DNA from: a virus
UHGV virus genome: UHGV-0120658
Reading direction: 5' to 3' (one strand)
Length of the DNA stretch: 39,443 nt
Position 1 is the stretch's first letter; each line of letters starts with the position of its first letter. Shown in pieces: positions 34,651-39,443 of this stretch. Under the pieces are notes generated by a model, which did no database searches, was not told the DNA's origin, and worked only from the letters and a program-made list of their open reading frames with translations. A program made the translations under genes and the position numbers.

Positions 34651-35132
34651 TGATGGTGCTGGGGTTATATGTCTTCATGTTGCGTACAGTGCCATATCAG
34701 GAGCTGCAGTATCAGCGCAGCTGGCGACACGCTGCGAACAACCGGGTGAACCGTCGTCCGTCAACGCAGTTCCTTGGGCCGGATAATGACTCGCTCACGT
34801 TATCTGGCGTACTGCTGCCGGAAGTCACCGGCGGCAGGCTGTCATTGCTGGCGCTGGAGTTGATGGCGGAGCAGGGAAAAGCCTGGCCTCTGATTGAAGG
34901 AAGTGGAACCATTTACGGTATGTTTGTGATTGAAAGTCTGAGCCAGACCAAAACGGAGTTTTTTGCAAGCGGCATGCCTCGACGCATTGAGTTTACGATT
35001 ACCCTCAAACGGGTTGATGAGTCGCTGTCTGACTTGTTCGGGAGCCTGAGTGACCAGCTGAGCAACCTGCAGGATTCTGCAGCCTCTGCAGTTGGGGGAA
35101 TTAAAAACACAGTTGGAGGATTGCTGCAGTGA
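34647..35132 (+). CDS. U: Tail protein U (P2 gpU-like)
   Basis: 161 aa; ATGA overlap with T. Confidence 0.8.
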   Translation: MMMVLGLYVFMLRTVPYQELQYQRSWRHAANNRVNRRPSTQFLGPDNDSLTLSGVLLPEVTGGRLSLLALELMAEQGKAWPLIEGSGTIYGMFVIESLSQTKTEFFASGMPRRIEFTITLKRVDESLSDLFGSLSDQLSNLQDSAASAVGGIKNTVGGLLQ

Positions 35133-36229
35133 ATTTTAATTCTGATCTCCTGAACCTTAACAGCAAAAGCCCGGCTTTCAGTATCACCATTGAAGGTAAG
35201 GACGTGACTGCCGCGCTGGATGCGCGTCTGATGAGTCTGACGCTCACCGATAACCGGGGTTTTGAAGCGGACCAGCTTGATCTGGAGCTGGACGACGCCG
35301 ACGGGCAGATCGTTCTGCCGCGACGTGGTGCCGTTATTCAGCTGGCGCTGGGATGGAAGGGCCAGCCGCTTTTCCCAAAAGGGGCCTTTACCGTGGATGA
35401 GATTGAACACACTGGCGCACCGGACCGCCTGACTATCCGGGCGCGAAGTGCTGATTTTCGTGAAACGCTGAATACCCGCCGTGAAAAGTCGTGGCACAAG
35501 ACCACCGTCGGGGAAGTGGTGAAGGAAATAGCTGTGCGGCACAAACTGAAGATGGCATTGGGTAAAGACCTGTCAGATAAACCCGTGGAACATATAGACC
35601 AGACCAATGAGAGTGACGGCAGTTTTCTGATGCGGCTGGCGCGCCAGTACGGTGCTATTGCGTCGGTGAAAAATGGCAATCTGTTATTCATCCGGCAGGG
35701 ACAGGGTAAAAGCGCCAGCGGTAAACCACTACCGGTGATCACTATCACACGTAAGGACGGCGACAGTCACCGCTTTACCCTGGCAGATCGCGGAGCCTAC
35801 ACGGGCGTAATTGCCAGCTGGTTGCATACCCGCGAACCCGCGAAGAATGAAAGCACCACGGTGAAGCGTAAGCGCAGGACTAAGAAGCAGAAGAAAGAGC
35901 CGGAAGCGAAGCAGGGCGATTACCTGGTGGGTACAGATGAAAACGTGCTGGTACTTAATCGCACCTATGCCAACCGGAGCAATGCCGAACGGGCGGCGAA
36001 AATGCAGTGGGAACGCCTGCAACGCGGCGTTGCGTCATTCTCGCTACAACTGGCAGAAGGTCGGGCAGATCTCTACACGGAAATGCCAGTGAAAGTCAGT
36101 GGCTTTAAACAGCCGATAGATGATGCGGAATGGACCATTACGACTCTGACGCATACCGTCAGCCCCGATAACGGTTTTACAACCAGTCTGGAGCTTGAAG
36201 TGAGGATTGATGATTTCGAAATGGAATGA
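35129..36229 (+). CDS. D: Tail protein D (P2 gpD-like)
   Basis: 366 aa; GTGA overlap with U; last gene of the tail operon, before ogr. Confidence 0.8.
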   Translation: MNFNSDLLNLNSKSPAFSITIEGKDVTAALDARLMSLTLTDNRGFEADQLDLELDDADGQIVLPRRGAVIQLALGWKGQPLFPKGAFTVDEIEHTGAPDRLTIRARSADFRETLNTRREKSWHKTTVGEVVKEIAVRHKLKMALGKDLSDKPVEHIDQTNESDGSFLMRLARQYGAIASVKNGNLLFIRQGQGKSASGKPLPVITITRKDGDSHRFTLADRGAYTGVIASWLHTREPAKNESTTVKRKRRTKKQKKEPEAKQGDYLVGTDENVLVLNRTYANRSNAERAAKMQWERLQRGVASFSLQLAEGRADLYTEMPVKVSGFKQPIDDAEWTITTLTHTVSPDNGFTTSLELEVRIDDFEME

Positions 36230-36319
36230 TTCTTCGCAATGGAGAACTTTTAAGTTTGCAAAATGGAATAATGCGGTATCATTATTGTGAATTTAGCAAA
36301 AATGGGGAGAACTCGAAAA

Positions 36320-36538
36320 ATGATGATTTGCCCACTGTGTGGAAGTGCCGCCCATACTCGCAGCAGTTTTCAGGTATCTTCATTGACCAAAGAGCGTTAC
36401 AACCAGTGCCAGAACATTAACTGCAGCCATACTTTTGTTACCCATGAAACTTTTGTTCGTTCGATTGCAACGCCAAAAGAGTCAAATCCGGTTCAGCCGC
36501 ATCCAATGAAATCAGGACAGGTGGCGCTCTCTCTTTGA
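36320..36538 (+). CDS. ogr: Late-gene transcriptional activator Ogr (zinc finger; 186 B homolog)
   Basis: 72 aa MMICPLCGSAAHTRSSFQVSSLTKERYNQCQNINCSHTF with CxxC...CxxxxC, aligning with remembered P2 Ogr. Confidence 0.85.
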   Translation: MMICPLCGSAAHTRSSFQVSSLTKERYNQCQNINCSHTFVTHETFVRSIATPKESNPVQPHPMKSGQVALSL

Positions 36539-36540
36539 CT

Positions 36541-36560
36541 CTGCCGCCAATTTGTCGCCA
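36541..36560. repeat. 20-bp direct repeat copy 2 (alternative attR core, or arm-type site)
   Basis: ctgccgccaatttgtcgcca, 19/20 identical to 711-730. Confidence 0.4.
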
Positions 36561-36615
36561 TCGTTAAAAAACAGCGCTTCTAACATCATGATTTTAAACG
36601 GCATAAATTTCAGGC

Positions 36616-36629
36616 AACAAAAAACCCAT
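36616..36629. repeat. Candidate attR core (14-bp direct repeat, copy 2)
   Basis: aacaaaaaacccat, identical to 603-616. Confidence 0.4.
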
Positions 36630-36661
36630 CAACCTTGAACCGAAATGGCGGGGTTGATGGG
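36616..36661 (-). terminator. Candidate ybjL terminator
   Basis: cccatcaacc (36625-36634) pairs with ggttgatggg (36652-36661) around a 17-nt loop; on the minus strand it is followed by a U-run (complement of the A-run at 36616-36624). Confidence 0.35.
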
Positions 36662-36773
36662 CTCCACAAAATGGGGACATCAAAGAAAAGCAGTGGCACT
36701 AATTAAGACTGATGCCCTGCGGAAAAGTTCTGCGGTTGTGCAAAAAAATTTCATTTTCAGGGCAACTTCAGTT

Positions 36774-38459
36774 TTATCCTAATCCTGGCCATACCATGAC
36801 GATGATTGTCCCTGCCAGCGTCAGCAGGACGTTGGCGATTGCGTAGGTGCCCGCATAGCCCAGCGCAGGGATGTTACTGCGAGCTGTATCACTGATGATC
36901 TCCATTGCCGGCGCGCAGGTGCGTGCGCCCATCATTGCGCCGAACAACAGTGCGCGGTTCATTCGCAATACATAAGCACCGAACAAGAAACAGATAACCA
37001 CGGGCACAAGACTGACAATTAATCCGGCAATCAACATCTGACCGCCAATCGCGCCCAGGCCGTTATTAATACCGCTACCGGCGCTCAGACCAACGCCTGC
37101 CATAAACACCATCAAGCCGAACTCTTTCACCATGCTTAATGCACCTTGCGGAATGTAACCGAAGGTCGGGTGGTTAGCACGCATAAAGCCCAGCATAATT
37201 CCGGCGAATAACAACCCGGCAGCGTTCCCCATGCCGAAACTGAATGTGCTGAACTGGAAGGTGATCATCCCGATCATCAGCCCAATAACAAAGAAGGCGC
37301 AAAATGCCAGCAGGTCAGTGACCTGGCTGTGAATCGAGATAAAGCCGATGCGATCGGCGATGGTTTTTACGCGACGGGCATCACCGCTGACTTGTAAAAC
37401 GTCACCTTTGTTAAGCACGACGTTGTCATCTATCGGCATCTCAATCTGGCTACGAATGACGCGGTTAAGGAAGCAACCGTGATCGGTCAACTTCAGTTGT
37501 GCGAGACGTTTACCTACAGCGTTATGGTTTTTAACGACCACTTCTTCAGTGACGATACGCATGTCGAGAAGGTCACGATCGAAAACTTCTTTACCGTTAC
37601 GGAAGCTGGGATCGAGTCGGGCATGGGCGTCGGGATAGCCTACCAACGCTATTTCATCGCCCATTTGTAGCACGGCATCACCGTCTGGATTTGCCAGAAT
37701 CCCGTTACGTCGAATACGTTCAATGTAGCAGCCGGTTTGTCGATAAATACCCAGTTCACGCAGATTTTTGCCGTCGGTCCAGGCCACCAGCTCCGGGCCG
37801 ACGCGATAGGCGCGGATCACCGGTAAATAAACCTTACGGTTGGCATCAGTGTCCAGGCCACGTTCGCGGGCGATTTGCTGGGCGCTGGTCTGTAAGTCCT
37901 GATGCTGCAATTTCGGCAAGTAACGCGCACCAACAATCAAACTCACCAGACCGATTAAATAGGTTAAGGCATACCCGAGGCTCAGATTATCCAGTGCCAG
38001 TGAGAGCTGCCTGCTTTCCATGCCGAAATGACGCAGTGTATCGCCAGCACCGACCAGAACCGGTGTCGACGTCATAGAGCCTGCTAACATACCGGCCGTC
38101 AGGCCAATATCCCAGCCAAACAGCTTACCTAACCCTAAGGCGATCACCAGCGCACTGCCAACCATCACCAGTGCTAACATTAGGTAATTTTTCCCATCGC
38201 GAAAAAAAATGGAAAAAAAGTTCGGTCCGGCTTCGACCCCGACGCAGAAAATAAACAGCATAAAGCCAAGATTAAGCGCATCGGTGTTAATGCTGAAATG
38301 TTGTTGGCCTAATAACAGCGATACGACTAAAACGCCAATGGAATTACCCAGTTGGATCGAACCAAGTCGTAACTTTCCGAGACATAGCCCAAGCGCGAGG
38401 ACCACAAATAATAACAGAATGTAATTCCCATTTAACAATTCGGCGACGTTTATATTCAC
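36774..38459 (-). CDS. ybjL: AAE-family transporter YbjL; host gene at right prophage flank
   Basis: 561-aa polytopic membrane protein [28 protein letters not shown] with central soluble domains; recognised as E. coli YbjL. Confidence 0.85.
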   Translation of the reverse strand: MNINVAELLNGNYILLLFVVLALGLCLGKLRLGSIQLGNSIGVLVVSLLLGQQHFSINTDALNLGFMLFIFCVGVEAGPNFFSIFFRDGKNYLMLALVMVGSALVIALGLGKLFGWDIGLTAGMLAGSMTSTPVLVGAGDTLRHFGMESRQLSLALDNLSLGYALTYLIGLVSLIVGARYLPKLQHQDLQTSAQQIARERGLDTDANRKVYLPVIRAYRVGPELVAWTDGKNLRELGIYRQTGCYIERIRRNGILANPDGDAVLQMGDEIALVGYPDAHARLDPSFRNGKEVFDRDLLDMRIVTEEVVVKNHNAVGKRLAQLKLTDHGCFLNRVIRSQIEMPIDDNVVLNKGDVLQVSGDARRVKTIADRIGFISIHSQVTDLLAFCAFFVIGLMIGMITFQFSTFSFGMGNAAGLLFAGIMLGFMRANHPTFGYIPQGALSMVKEFGLMVFMAGVGLSAGSGINNGLGAIGGQMLIAGLIVSLVPVVICFLFGAYVLRMNRALLFGAMMGARTCAPAMEIISDTARSNIPALGYAGTYAIANVLLTLAGTIIVMVWPGLG

Positions 38460-38728
38460 GGAGGCTAACTTCTTGTTTACTAGTAAGCTGTTGAAAGAAA
38501 TGGTAATTTACGATAATGTTTTTTACCAGAATTCAGGGCGCAGATTCATTCAGCGCACCTAAACGATAGTAAAGTAACAATATATTTTACTAGTGTAATC
38601 ACATTAGGTATCAACGGCTATATGAATTGCGTTGGCCTATATTAGCATGGAATGCGAAGCGGCTTTATCTTACTGAACGCCACACTGGCGAAAAATGTGT
38701 TCGATAGACGCAGTGTCAGGAGGAACGA

Positions 38729-39106
38729 GTGAAACATAAACAACGTTGGGCGGGGGCAATCTGCTGTTTTGTCCTCTTCATTGTGGTGTGCCTTTTTCTG
38801 GCGACGCACATGAAAGGCGCTTTTCGGGCTGCCGGGCATCCTGAAATCGGCTTGCTATTTTTCATTCTTCCTGGAGCAGTTGCCAGTTTCTTTTCACAGC
38901 GTAGAGAAGTCCTGAAACCTCTATTTGGCGCAATGCTGGCGGCACCCTGTTCAATGCTCATTATGCGGCTGTTTTTTTCACCGACGCGCTCATTCTGGCA
39001 AGAGCTGGCATGGTTACTAAGCGCGGTGTTCTGGTGTGCGCTGGGGGCACTGTGTTTCTTATTTATCAGTAGTTTGTTTAAACCACAGCACAGAAAAAAT
39101 CAGTAA
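38729..39106 (+). CDS. ybjM: Inner membrane protein YbjM
   Basis: 125 aa from a GTG start with AGGAGG RBS; begins (M)KHKQRWAGAICCFVLFIVV; recognised as E. coli YbjM. Confidence 0.8.
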   Translation: MKHKQRWAGAICCFVLFIVVCLFLATHMKGAFRAAGHPEIGLLFFILPGAVASFFSQRREVLKPLFGAMLAAPCSMLIMRLFFSPTRSFWQELAWLLSAVFWCALGALCFLFISSLFKPQHRKNQ

Positions 39107-39125
39107 AGCCCTCAACGCGAGGGCT
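39103..39125 (-). terminator. Terminator between convergent ybjM and grxA (mainly for grxA)
   Basis: agccctc (39107-39113), loop aacgc, gagggct (39119-39125); on the minus strand it is followed by a U-rich tract. Confidence 0.55.
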
Positions 39126-39135
39126 TGTCAGACGA

Positions 39136-39393
39136 TCAGGCGTCCAGATTTTCTTTCACCCATGCAGCAAAATCGGTATAGCCGCCGATATGTTGCTGAT
39201 CGACAAAAATCTGCGGCACGGTTTCTACGGGTTTACCTGCCTTTTGTTGTAGATCTTCTTTAGTGATCCCTTCCGCACGAATATCTACATACTGATACTG
39301 AAAATCATCGCGTTCATTGCTCAATTTCTCAGCCAGATCTTTTGCACGCACACAGTAAGGGCAACCCGAACGACCAAAAATAACGGTTTGCAT
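39136..39393 (-). CDS. grxA: Glutaredoxin 1
   Basis: 85 aa MQTVIFGRSGCPYCVRAKDLAEKL with the CPYC active site; recognised as E. coli GrxA. The track ORF extends 5 codons upstream. Confidence 0.9.
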   Translation of the reverse strand: MQTVIFGRSGCPYCVRAKDLAEKLSNERDDFQYQYVDIRAEGITKEDLQQKAGKPVETVPQIFVDQQHIGGYTDFAAWVKENLDA

Positions 39394-39443
39394 TATTTCT
39401 CTCCTCATAGATTTATGCCTGTAATGATCACGCTAAAATGTAT

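Larger units (their letters stand above)
603..36629. mobile_element. P2/186-family prophage, apparently intact, inserted in the rcdA-ybjL intergenic region
   Basis: Contiguous phage module set (int, repressor, cII, A, portal, terminase, capsid, lysis, tail, ogr) bounded by direct repeats: 14/14 aacaaaaaacccat at 603-616 and 36616-36629, and 19/20 ctgccgccaNtttgtcgcca at 711-730 and 36541-36560. Host genes lie immediately outside. Confidence 0.85.

Noticed and set aside
34913-35748. Minus-strand ORFs (209 aa and 136 aa) opposite U and D
   Set aside because: Antisense to conserved tail genes.
36226-36420. 64-aa ORF overlapping the ogr start
   Set aside because: Out of frame with ogr and covering its promoter and RBS; ogr is strongly supported.
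1-39443. Searched by eye for CRISPR arrays, tRNA or rRNA genes, IS elements or transposases
   Set aside because: No regular repeat-spacer arrays, no tRNA-like sequences near the att sites and no transposase-like ORFs were seen.

Overview
This window is an apparently intact P2/186-family temperate prophage of about 36 kb inserted between the E. coli host genes rcdA (ybjK) and ybjL, with ybjM and grxA at the right edge. All calls rest on reading the six-frame translations, motifs and repeats by eye; no database search or computation was run, and family names come from recognised motifs and remembered homologs. The prophage backbone is: integrase, immunity repressor, Apl/Cox-like and a 186-type CII, a TraR-like zinc finger, Dam methylase, replication protein A, then a complete P2-type late region (Q P / O N M L X, lysis cassette, R S, V W J I H G, FI FII E/E' T U D, ogr). 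Four AT-rich cargo islands interrupt this GC-rich backbone and are the main candidates for accessory or defence functions: (1) 21.5-22.9 kb, a standalone SIR2-like protein between tail genes S and V, with the S 3' end apparently replaced; (2) 10.4-13.1 kb, a translationally coupled pair (PD-(D/E)xK Cap4/DUF4297-like nuclease plus SMC-like coiled-coil ATPase) at the P2 tin/old position, Lamassu-like in architecture; (3) 2.2-3.1 kb, a 314-aa coiled-coil protein with two transmembrane helices between repressor and integrase; (4) 28.3-28.7 kb, a 140-aa unknown ORF beside a serine invertase at the P2 Z/fun position. Other structure found: two perfect LexA-box matches (one in the spacer of a promoter-like element upstream of int, one upstream of a DinI-like module), an invertible tail-fibre segment bounded by hix/gix-like sites, the E/E' -1 frameshift site, three TGT-N12-ACA late-activator motifs, and two alternative candidate att core repeats.
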